This document shows, in pieces, positions 18,977 through 27,717 of a stretch of DNA of 64,000 nucleotides. The DNA comes from Spirochaetia bacterium. GTDB lineage: Bacteria; Spirochaetota; Spirochaetia; SZUA-6; Bin103. The notes under the pieces were generated by a model, which worked only from the letters and a program-made list of their open reading frames with translations, did no database searches and was not told the origin of the DNA. The position numbers and the translations under genes are program-made. Location: NCBI GenBank assembly GCA_965199955.1, contig CBDATQ010000003.1:96001-160000 (forward strand), read 5' to 3'. Every line of letters starts with the position of its first letter. Within the stretch, counting starts at the first letter, position 1.

Positions 18977-20761
18977 ATGAGCAATCCCTGGCCCCGCATC
19001 CCCTACGGTGAAGCCGACTTCCGCCGCATCCGCCTCAACGGCTGGCTGTACGTCGACAAGACGCGCTTCGTCCGCACCCTCGAGGACGAGCGCTACGTGT
19101 TCTTCATCCGCCCGCGCCGATTCGGCAAGACCTGCTGGCTGTCGCTGCTGGAGAACTACTACGACCGGCGCTGGGCGCACGAGTTCGACACCATCTTCGC
19201 CGGCACCGACCTTGGCCGCGAGCCGACGACGGAGCGCCATCGCTACGTCGTCCTGCGCTTCAACTTCTCCGCCGTCAACGACGCCCTGCCGCGACTGGAA
19301 CGGAGCTTCGAGACCTATTGTCACATGGAGTTGCGCGGGGCGATGGAACGCTTTCCGGACCTGTTCCCGGAAGCGGCGCGGCAACGCATCCTGGCCCCGG
19401 ACGGGATCACCGACAAGCTCGGCGAACTCTTCCATCATGCCGGCGAGCACGACGTGCCGCTCTACGTGCTGATCGACGAGTACGACAACTTCGCCAACAC
19501 CATCCTGGCCCACCACGGCGCCGAGGCGTACGAGGAGCTGACTCACGGCGGTGGCTTCTACCGCAATTTCTTCGCCACGCTGAAGACCGGCAGCGAACGC
19601 AGCGGTGGTGGACTGGAGCGGCTGTTCATCACCGGTGTGTCGCCCGTGACCATGGACGACGTGACCTCAGGCTTCAACATCTGCACGAACCTCAGCCTGG
19701 AGCCGACGTTCAACGAGATGCTGGGCTTCACGGAGGCGGAGGTGCGCAGCCTTGTGGAGCGGTACCGCCGCCACGGCGCGTTCAGCCAGGATGTCGACAC
19801 CGCGCTGGGCATCATGCGCGCGTGGTACGACGGCTACCGCTTCACCGAGGAGGCCGAGACCGCCGTCTACAACACCGACATGGTGCTCTATTACCTGCAG
19901 AAGTCCCTGCCGAATCGGCAGGTGCCCACCTATCTCATCGACACCAACGTGCGCATCGACTACGGCAAGCTCCGCCACCTGCTGGTGGTCAACCGCCGCA
20001 GCGCCGAGGGCTCCGCGCGCCTGAACGGCAACTTCGACCTGCTGCGCGGCATCATCGGCACCGAGTCCGCCGACGCCCGCATTCAACCGAGTTTTCCCCT
20101 CAAGCGGCTCATCAAGCGGGAGAACTTCCTCTCCCTGCTGCACTTCTTCGGCCTGCTGAGCATCCGGGAGATGGTGGACGGCCTTCCCCGGCTGGCGATT
20201 CCCAACCAGACCGTGAAGCGGCTCATGTACGAGTACCTGCGCGAGGCGTACGAGGACGCCGGGGCGTTCGATGTCAACCTGTACGAGTTCGGGCAGCGGA
20301 TGATGCGGATGGCCAATCAGGGCGAGTGGCGGCCGGTGTTCGAGTTCCTGGCCGAGGCCATCGCCGCGCAGACCGCCATCCGCGACTTCATCGCCGGCGA
20401 AAAGATCCTGCAGGGGTTCCTGGCCGCCTATCTGAGCGTGACGGACTACTACGTGTTCCGCAGCGAGGCGGAGCTCGGCAAGGGTCACGCGGGTATCAGC
20501 CTGGAGCCGTTGCTGGCGCGTTTTCCGCACCTTGAGCGCGGCTACCTGATCGAGCTCAAGTATCTGCGCCGGGGCGCATCGGCCGGCGAGGGGCGCATCG
20601 CGGCTGCCGCCGCCGAAGCGAGCGCCCAGCTACGGGGCTACCTTGCGGACGAACGGCTCGCGCGCCAGTACCCGGGCGTACGCTTCACGGGCCTCATCCT
20701 CGTGTTCCACGGTTGGGCGCTGGTGGTCTGCGAGGCAGTGACACCAGCGTGTGGCCCGTGA
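18977..20761 (+). CDS. AAA-ATPase-like protein with C-terminal PD-(D/E)XK nuclease-like domain
   Basis: IPYGEADF..YVDKT, RPRRFGKT, LIDEYD, FITGV, WYDGY, IPN, LIELKY. Confidence 0.85.
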   Translation: MSNPWPRIPYGEADFRRIRLNGWLYVDKTRFVRTLEDERYVFFIRPRRFGKTCWLSLLENYYDRRWAHEFDTIFAGTDLGREPTTERHRYVVLRFNFSAVNDALPRLERSFETYCHMELRGAMERFPDLFPEAARQRILAPDGITDKLGELFHHAGEHDVPLYVLIDEYDNFANTILAHHGAEAYEELTHGGGFYRNFFATLKTGSERSGGGLERLFITGVSPVTMDDVTSGFNICTNLSLEPTFNEMLGFTEAEVRSLVERYRRHGAFSQDVDTALGIMRAWYDGYRFTEEAETAVYNTDMVLYYLQKSLPNRQVPTYLIDTNVRIDYGKLRHLLVVNRRSAEGSARLNGNFDLLRGIIGTESADARIQPSFPLKRLIKRENFLSLLHFFGLLSIREMVDGLPRLAIPNQTVKRLMYEYLREAYEDAGAFDVNLYEFGQRMMRMANQGEWRPVFEFLAEAIAAQTAIRDFIAGEKILQGFLAAYLSVTDYYVFRSEAELGKGHAGISLEPLLARFPHLERGYLIELKYLRRGASAGEGRIAAAAAEASAQLRGYLADERLARQYPGVRFTGLILVFHGWALVVCEAVTPACGP

Positions 20762-20778
20762 TTCGGTGCCGATCGCCA

Positions 20779-22026
20779 TCATCTGCCCCCGTATCCCATC
20801 TCGTCCCAGAGCTCCCGGGCGCGCGCCTTCGCCGCCGTAGTCGGCTCGCGGGTCGCCGCGATGCTGGGCGGCGCATCCGGCGGCTCGGCGCCGTCCGGCC
20901 ACGGCGACCAGGTATCGTCCTGGTACCTCTTCCGCTGCGCTTCGTCGGCGAAGTCCGGGACCTCGACCGGCTGGCCGTCCTGCAACGCGCTCCGCCACGC
21001 CAGGATGCCGACCGAGCTCATCGCCACGCCCCGGTAGACGTCCAGGAACGGCGGCTCGCCCGAGCGGATCGCGTGCGCGAAGTGGTAGTTGGTCCAGAAG
21101 TCGCCGCCGCCGTGGCCGGCCCGCTCGGCCAGCTCGGCATGCTCGGGCCAGTCGGGGAGGTAGGTGCGCTCCAGCGGCTGATCGGGCCAGCGGTTCCACG
21201 GCTCGTGCCAGACGCGCACCTCCCCGGGACCGAAGTAGCCCGGGCCGCGCGCGATCTCCATCGCCCCCCGCGTGCCGTGCACGCGGTACCAGTTGCTGTG
21301 TCCCGGCAGCACCAGGCCGAAGATCCGGAACACCGAGCCGTCGTCCATGCGGCAGAGGATCACCGAGCCGGGATCGCTGCGGCGCATGCTGAGCTCGTCG
21401 ACCTCCGGGGCGGCGATGGACAGGCCGTTGACGATCCTCGGCATCGCCCCGGTGATGTAGACCAGCGGCGCCAGCGCGTGCGTGCAGTAGTAGGTAGACG
21501 GCAGCCAGTTGCGCCAGTGGTGCTCGCCCGGCGCCAGGCGCAGGCGGGCGTCGGGCGCCATCGGGTGGTTGTACTCGCCCTCGGCATAGGTGGCCCGGCC
21601 GATCTCGCCGGTGCGGTACAGCCGGCGCATCTCCTGGCTGAACACGGTGTAGCAGTAGTTCTCGGCCAGCATGTAGACGCAGCCCGAGCGCTCCGCCGCA
21701 CGGCAGAGCGCCACTCCTTCAGCGATCGTGCCGTTGGACGAGGTCTCACTGAGGACGTGCTTGCCGGCGTCCAGCGCCTTGACCGCGAACGGCCCGTGCT
21801 CGTGGAAGTAGTTGGCCAGGATCACCGCGTCCAGGTCGTGCTCCAGGAACGCGTCGTAGTCGGTGTAGGTGGCGACCCCGTGGGTCCGGCCAGCGGCCTG
21901 CAGCCGTTCCTCCCACGTGTCGCAGATGGCGACCAGCTTCATCCCCACGGCGTCCGTGGCGCCCCTGATGAAGCTCTCGCCGCGGCCGACACCGATCACG
22001 CCGACGCGTATCTCACCTTCGTGCAT
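20779..22026 (-). CDS. Gfo/Idh/MocA-family oxidoreductase
   Basis: VGVIGVG, ALDAGKHVLSE, AENY, GHGGGD. Confidence 0.88.
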   Translation of the reverse strand: MHEGEIRVGVIGVGRGESFIRGATDAVGMKLVAICDTWEERLQAAGRTHGVATYTDYDAFLEHDLDAVILANYFHEHGPFAVKALDAGKHVLSETSSNGTIAEGVALCRAAERSGCVYMLAENYCYTVFSQEMRRLYRTGEIGRATYAEGEYNHPMAPDARLRLAPGEHHWRNWLPSTYYCTHALAPLVYITGAMPRIVNGLSIAAPEVDELSMRRSDPGSVILCRMDDGSVFRIFGLVLPGHSNWYRVHGTRGAMEIARGPGYFGPGEVRVWHEPWNRWPDQPLERTYLPDWPEHAELAERAGHGGGDFWTNYHFAHAIRSGEPPFLDVYRGVAMSSVGILAWRSALQDGQPVEVPDFADEAQRKRYQDDTWSPWPDGAEPPDAPPSIAATREPTTAAKARARELWDEMGYGGR

Positions 22027-22046
22027 GGAACCTCCCCGATGCGCCG

Positions 22047-23093
22047 TCAGAGTAGCCGATACCGCTGAACGGTCGCGGCGTAGCCGATGCCGGTCTGCCC
22101 GAAGCCGTTGCCGGTGTACCAGCAGCGCAGCCCGCCGTCATGCGTAACCACTGCCGCGTACGAGCGCTGGTGGTCGTCGAAGCTGCCGGCGGCGCCCACG
22201 CCCAGATCGCCGTCGGGTCCGGAGGCCGTCCAGGTCCAGCTCAGGCCGTCGTCGCTGACCAGGCTTCGCACGCGATACGCCGTGCCGAAGGTGTTGACCC
22301 ACATCGTCCAGCCGCCGTCGCGGCGCAGTACGAACGGCTTGGAGGCGATGTATTCGAACGGCTCGGTCGCGAATCCGCGGGGGCTCACCATCAGGCCGTC
22401 CAGCGGCTTGGTCCAGCGGACGCCGTCGGTCGACTCGGCATAACCCACGCCGATGTGCGGAATCACGTCTCCGTGGCCGGTCGCCACCCCCGCGGGTTTG
22501 GGCGAGTAGTCGCCCAGGGCGGTGTAGTACATGCGGAGGACGCCGCCTTCGGCGACCACGCAGACGCTGCCGGTCCCCTCGTGATCCCATGGCCGGTCCA
22601 GCGCCAGCACCGGCGACTCGCCGGCGTGCCGCCACGTGCAGCCGCGATCATCGCTGAGCGCCAGACCGGTCGTATTGGCCAGCTTGCCGTCGGCCCGCGG
22701 CACGCCCCATGCTCCGTAGTACATCAGCCACGGTCCGTTGTCGCGCGGCACCACGAACGGAAAGCTCGGGCCCTGGTCGTTGTAGGCGGTGCCGGGCTGA
22801 CGCTCCAGCACCGCGCCCGAGGAGCGCCAGTCGTCCGGAGCGTCCACCCGGGCGACTGCCACACAGATGCGATGGAAGCCGTCGTCGCCGGTGCCCCAGT
22901 AATACATGTGGTAGTCGTCGCCGAAGCGCAGCACGTGCGGGCTCGAGGCCCGGCGGGCATCCACGGCTCCGCCCAGCCCCGGAGCAACGACAGGGGCCAC
23001 CGACGGAACCCTCCACCGAGCGGGCGTCGGCGCTACGGTCACCTTCTCAGACGGGCAAGCGAGCAGGCGGGCTGCGTGCCCGCCTGCTCGCAT
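22047..23093 (-). CDS. Glycoside hydrolase-like five-bladed beta-propeller protein (start uncertain)
   Basis: Repeated YHMYY / WLMYY / LRMYY and SDDRGCTW / STDGVRW / SDDGLSW blades. Confidence 0.6.
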   Translation of the reverse strand: MRAGGHAARLLACPSEKVTVAPTPARWRVPSVAPVVAPGLGGAVDARRASSPHVLRFGDDYHMYYWGTGDDGFHRICVAVARVDAPDDWRSSGAVLERQPGTAYNDQGPSFPFVVPRDNGPWLMYYGAWGVPRADGKLANTTGLALSDDRGCTWRHAGESPVLALDRPWDHEGTGSVCVVAEGGVLRMYYTALGDYSPKPAGVATGHGDVIPHIGVGYAESTDGVRWTKPLDGLMVSPRGFATEPFEYIASKPFVLRRDGGWTMWVNTFGTAYRVRSLVSDDGLSWTWTASGPDGDLGVGAAGSFDDHQRSYAAVVTHDGGLRCWYTGNGFGQTGIGYAATVQRYRLL

Positions 23094-23127
23094 AGAAGAT
23101 CGATCCGCGTCGGGATCGGCCGGCTCC

Positions 23128-24699
23128 CTAGTTGCCGACCAGCTCTCCGTAGCGCTCGTACTGCTGTTGGCGCACGGCGATCACTTCCTGGGCGCCGAGC
23201 TTGTTCAAGCCGTCGACGAACTCGTCGAACTTGCTCAGCGGCTCCTGGCCGGTGACGAACTTGTCGAACCACTCCGTCCGGTAGGTGTTCAGATCGGCCT
23301 GCAGGCGGTTCAGCACCTCCTGCTCGTCCAGCGTCGGCCGCACTTGCGGGAACGACGGCGACCGGTAGTACTTCTGGTACGCGTTGTTGTTGTCCAGGAC
23401 CCACTGCGGGTTGCGGAAGTCCCAGGCATAAGCCCACTGCAGGTGGGCGTACGGCGGCTGGCTGCCGCCGATCTCGCGGAGCCGCTCGTCGAACGGCTTG
23501 TCCTCGCTGCCGATGGTCTCGATCTCGCCGTCGACCATCCGGTAGGTGTCTCCGATGATGCCGAAGTTCTGCAGCATCAGCGCTTCATCGCTGTTGCGGA
23601 TGAAGTCGATCCAGTGCATGGCCACTTCCGGCTGCTTGGCGTCCTTCGTGATCCCCATCTGGTCGCCGCCGTATCGCTCGCGCTTCACGAAGAACTTGTC
23701 GCCGTACGGCCCTTCGATGGGCGGCCCGTTCACGAAGACCGGGATCGACGCGTCGGGCTTTCCGGAGGGATGGGCGCCCGAGCAGATCCTGGCGAAGGTG
23801 GTCCAACAGGAGATCAGCCCGACCTGGTCGTTCGAAACCTTCTCCAGGGTCTCGGTCCAACTGTCGGTGGCGTACGCCTTGTCGAGCAGCCCTTCCGTGT
23901 AGAGCTGATTCAGCCAGGTGAGTTACTCCTTCATCCGCGGGCTCTGAAAGATCCAGAAGACCTGTCCGTCGTCGTCGACCAGGTAGTCGGTCATGATCGA
24001 GTACTCGAACCCGTAGAGGTTGCCGAGATACCGCAGATAGCCGCGGCCGGCGGCCGGCGTCAGGGGAATCTCGTCCTGCTTGCCGTTGCCGTTGGGGTCA
24101 TCGTCCCGGAACGCCCGTAGCGCCGTCATCATGTCCGCCTGCGTCTCCGGCATGTCCGCGATGCCCACCGCTTCCAGCCACAACACGTTCCACAGCGGCC
24201 CGAAGGACAGGTAGTTCGGCAGCACGTAGTTGCCCACGCCGTAGATGTTTCCGTCGGGACTGGTGTCCAGGATCTTGTAGATGCCGTTGGTGCCGGTGTT
24301 CCACCACTTGTTGATGTTGGGGGCGTGCGTCTCCAGCAGGTCGTTGAGCGGGATGATCAGCCCGTCACGGCCGTGCTGGCCGATGTCCCCCAACAGCGAC
24401 ATGTTGATCACGTCGGGCAGGTCCACGGCGGCGGCAAGGCGCGCCTTCATCACTTCCGCGTAGTTCTTGACCTGGATGTTCTCCCACTCGACGTGCACGC
24501 CGCTGAGGCGCTCCAGCTCCTGGTACACCGGCAGGTCGTTGCTGGCCGGCTGCAGGCTGGCGGCCCAGCCGGTGTGCGTGGCCACGTGCAGGGTGGGCAG
24601 CTCGCCGGGCGCCATCCCTTCCTCCGTGCCCGCGCCGAACGCGCCGGCGGCAACCAGGGTCAGCACCGTCCCCAGGACGGCCATCCTCGATAGTTTCAT
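23128..24699 (-). pseudogene. Sugar ABC extracellular solute-binding protein (LplA-like) with an in-frame TAA
   Basis: DLPD, SPDGNIY, DPNGNGKQDEIP; ...MKE*LTWLNQLYTEGLLD continues in the same frame past TAA 23923-25. Confidence 0.85.
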
Positions 24700-24787
24700 C
24701 TCGTTCTCCTTCCTTACGTTCCGTCGTTCGGTGGTTGTCGACTGGTCCACCAACCACTTTGCCGGACCGCCCTCCTGACGGCCGGAT

Positions 24788-25690
24788 CTACCCCTTGAGG
24801 GCGCCGATCAGGACGCCCTTGACGAAATATCTCTGCAGGAACGGATACAGCAGCAGGATCGGCAGCACCGCCACGATCATCACCGCGAACTTGATCTGCA
24901 CCATCGCCATGACGCCCTCTCCCTGCTCGCCGGTCTCGAACTGCTGCACGGCCTCCGGCGACGCCTGGATCAGCACCCTGCGCAAGTAGATCTGGATCGG
25001 CTGCAGCTCGGCTTTCGGCAGGTAGAGCAGGGCAGGGAAGAAGCTGTTCCAGTGGTTCACCCCGTAGAACAGCACCAGCACGGCGATGATCGGCCTGGAC
25101 AGCGGCACCACGATCTTCCAGACGATCCGCCATTCGCCCGCGCCCTCGATGCGGGCACACTCGAACAGGTCTTCCGGCAGGGTCTGAAAGAAGGTGCGGC
25201 AGATGATCAGGTTGAAGGTGGCGATCAGCGTCGGGATCACGATCGCCCAGCGCGTGGCGTAGAGCCCGAGCTTGACCACCAGCACGAACAGCGGAATCAA
25301 CCCGCCGGAAAAGAACATGGTAAAGACAAACAGGAACATCAGCACGCGGCGCGCCGAGAAGTTGCGCTTGGACAGCGGATAGGCGGCCATCACCGTGAAG
25401 ACCAGGTTCAACGCCGTGCCGACGCCGGTATACCAGATCGTGTTGTAGTAGCTGCGCAGCACGACGGGATCGTTGAGCACCGTCCGATAGGCGTCCAGGC
25501 TGAACCCCTTCGGGAGCAGAAATATCTCCCGGCGCACCACCGCCACCGGATCGCTGATCGACATGCTGAGCACGAACACGAACGGATAGAGCGTGATGAC
25601 GAAGGCGATTGCCACGCCGATGTAGACGAGGGCATCGACGACCACGTCCTCGATCGTGAGCGCCCTCCTGACGCCGAGCCTCCCCGTCAT
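24788..25690 (-). CDS. Carbohydrate ABC transporter permease (LplC-like)
   Basis: AAYPLSK, FSGGLIP, ECARIEGA, PFLQRYFVKG. Confidence 0.9.
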   Translation of the reverse strand: MTGRLGVRRALTIEDVVVDALVYIGVAIAFVITLYPFVFVLSMSISDPVAVVRREIFLLPKGFSLDAYRTVLNDPVVLRSYYNTIWYTGVGTALNLVFTVMAAYPLSKRNFSARRVLMFLFVFTMFFSGGLIPLFVLVVKLGLYATRWAIVIPTLIATFNLIICRTFFQTLPEDLFECARIEGAGEWRIVWKIVVPLSRPIIAVLVLFYGVNHWNSFFPALLYLPKAELQPIQIYLRRVLIQASPEAVQQFETGEQGEGVMAMVQIKFAVMIVAVLPILLLYPFLQRYFVKGVLIGALKG

Positions 25691-25697
25691 GGCGAGC

Positions 25698-26651
25698 TCA
25701 CCAGAGCGACGTGTCCGTAAAGCGGCGCGCCAGCCGGTTGAAGACCACCAGGAATACCAGGTTGATGACGTTTGCGAACAGCCCTACGGCGGAGCCGAAG
25801 CCGTACTTGCTGTCGATGATGCCGCGGCGGTAAACGTAGGTGGCGATCACGTCGGCCACCTCATAGGTGGCCGGCGTGTACATGAGCAGGACCTTCTCCC
25901 AGTCGACCGCCAGCGCTCGTCCCAGGTTCAGAATCAGCAGGATGATGATGGTCGGCGCCATCCCCGGGATGGTGACGAAGCGGATCCGCTGGATGCGCGA
26001 GGCGCCGTCAACCTCGGCGGCGTCGTAGAGCTCCTGGCTGACGCCGGCGATCGCGGCCAGGTAGATGATCGAGCTGAAGCCGAAGTGCTGCCAGATGCCG
26101 GAGCCGATGTAGAGCGGCCGGAACCAGCTCTGCAGGCCCAGGAAGTTGATCGGCTCGCCGCCCAGCGACTTGATGACGATGTTGATGATGCCGTTGTTCG
26201 GCGACAGGAAGGTGACCAGCATGCCGACGATGATCACCAGCGATATGAAGTGCGGGAGGTAGCTCACGGTCTGCACCACCCGCTTGAGCGGCAGCACCTT
26301 CATCTCGTTGAGCATCAGCGCGAAGATGATCGGCACGGGAAAGCCGAAGACGATGCTGTAGAAGCTGAGCAGCAGCGTGTTGCGCATCAGCCGCCAGAAG
26401 TAGAACGACTCGAAGAACTGGATGAACCACTTGAAGCCGACCCAGTCGCTGCCGAACACGCCGCGGCCCATCTTGTAGTCCTGAAAGGCCAGGACGATGC
26501 CGGCCATCGGCACGTAGTGGAAGATGACGAGGTAGACGACCGGCAACGCCATCATGGCGTACCAAGCTCGTTCGAGCTTGATCCGCCTCCACAACGCAAC
26601 CAAGGGAGCCCGTCTGGTCAGGGTGGAAGCCGTGGACACGGCGTTCCGCAT
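25698..26651 (-). CDS. Carbohydrate ABC transporter permease (LplB-like)
   Basis: FHYVPMAG..AFQDY, SYLPHFIS, ELYDAAEVDGA. Confidence 0.9.
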   Translation of the reverse strand: MRNAVSTASTLTRRAPLVALWRRIKLERAWYAMMALPVVYLVIFHYVPMAGIVLAFQDYKMGRGVFGSDWVGFKWFIQFFESFYFWRLMRNTLLLSFYSIVFGFPVPIIFALMLNEMKVLPLKRVVQTVSYLPHFISLVIIVGMLVTFLSPNNGIINIVIKSLGGEPINFLGLQSWFRPLYIGSGIWQHFGFSSIIYLAAIAGVSQELYDAAEVDGASRIQRIRFVTIPGMAPTIIILLILNLGRALAVDWEKVLLMYTPATYEVADVIATYVYRRGIIDSKYGFGSAVGLFANVINLVFLVVFNRLARRFTDTSLW

Positions 26652-26740
26652 GAGAAGCCTACTGTGGCCCCCTCAAGGAGCGCTGTCAACGCACGCACCC
26701 GGCCCCGGTGCTGCCGAGCGTGCGTTAACTGCCTTGCCGG

Positions 26741-27166
26741 TCAAGCGTTATCGGTCGTGCTGGTCCTGATCAGGAGGCGGTTCCTGCCGTCCTCGTAGCG
26801 GTAGCTGACCTCGTCCATCATCTCGCGGACCAGGTGGACGCCCAAGCCGCCGACCGGGCGGTCGTCGAGCGCCGCGTCCGTATCGGGGACCGGAGCGTCC
26901 TGAAGCGGATCGAAGAGCGGGCCGTCGTCGGAAATCTCGATGGTGACGGTGTCCGCGTCGCACGCCACGATGACCTCCAGTTCGCTCGCCCCGGCCTCGC
27001 GGCCGTGGGTCATCACGTTGAGGGTCATCTCCTCGAGCACGAGGTTCATGCGGAACAGGAAGTCCGGCGGCCACCGCTCGCGCTCTCCCAGTTCCTCGAT
27101 GGCATCCGCGATGTCCGAAAGCCGTTCAGGGTCGGCTTCCAGCTTCAGATGCAGGTCGGCGCTCAC
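26741..27166 (-). CDS. RsbW/SpoIIAB-like anti-sigma serine kinase (HATPase_c_2)
   Basis: EEMTLNVMTHG N-box, DDGPLFDP G1, GGLG G2. Confidence 0.88.
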   Translation of the reverse strand: MSADLHLKLEADPERLSDIADAIEELGERERWPPDFLFRMNLVLEEMTLNVMTHGREAGASELEVIVACDADTVTIEISDDGPLFDPLQDAPVPDTDAALDDRPVGGLGVHLVREMMDEVSYRYEDGRNRLLIRTSTTDNA

Positions 27167-27237
27167 GCCCGGAGCCTCCCCCGTTCGCGCCGCCTCCGGC
27201 GCGAGCGCCTCATGCGCGGCTCTCGCCGCCGCGCGGA

Positions 27238-27272
27238 GGTTCCGTGCGGCCGGTGGTCGCCCCCACGGAACC
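27238..27272. other. Intergenic stem-loop between the STAS and kinase genes
   Basis: GGTTCCGTG...CACGGAACC outer stem with inner CGGCC/GGTCG stem. Confidence 0.5.
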
Positions 27273-27280
27273 CATCGATG

Positions 27281-27619
27281 TCAGGCGCTCACCGCCTGGG
27301 TGGCTTCCTCCCTGGAGGCGTGCACCTGGATGATGCGGTCGAAACCGCTGATCTCGAACACTTCCTTGATCGACGGCGAGAGCGCACAGATGGCGAACTT
27401 CGCCTGCTGCCGCTGCAGCTTCCGGGCGAGCAGCAGCGTCGCCCGCAGGCCGGAACTGCTGATGTAGGTAAGCTTGTCCATGTCCAGGACCACCGCGGAA
27501 TCGTCGTCGCCGACCACTTCCTCGAACCGGTCCTGGAATTCCTGGGAATTGCTGCCGTCGATGCGACCGTCGACGGCGACGATCAACGCGCTGCCGTCGC
27601 GCTCACTGCTGATTTGCAC
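27281..27619 (-). CDS. STAS-domain anti-sigma-factor antagonist (RsbV/SpoIIAA-like)
   Basis: GRID, YISSSGLR phosphoacceptor motif, VFEISGF. Confidence 0.9.
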   Translation of the reverse strand: MQISSERDGSALIVAVDGRIDGSNSQEFQDRFEEVVGDDDSAVVLDMDKLTYISSSGLRATLLLARKLQRQQAKFAICALSPSIKEVFEISGFDRIIQVHASREEATQAVSA

Positions 27620-27717
27620 TCATCCTTCTCCCGTCATGCGGCGCCCGCCGCGCCGCGTCGTGGACTTCGATGGTAGCCGAACTCCATCACTCGGGTCGAC
27701 CGGAGGTTCATGCATCG

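Noticed and set aside
23923..23925. Stop-codon recoding (Sec/Pyl or alternative code)
   Set aside because: The codon is TAA, which serves as a normal stop elsewhere in the window; a Tyr is expected at this position.
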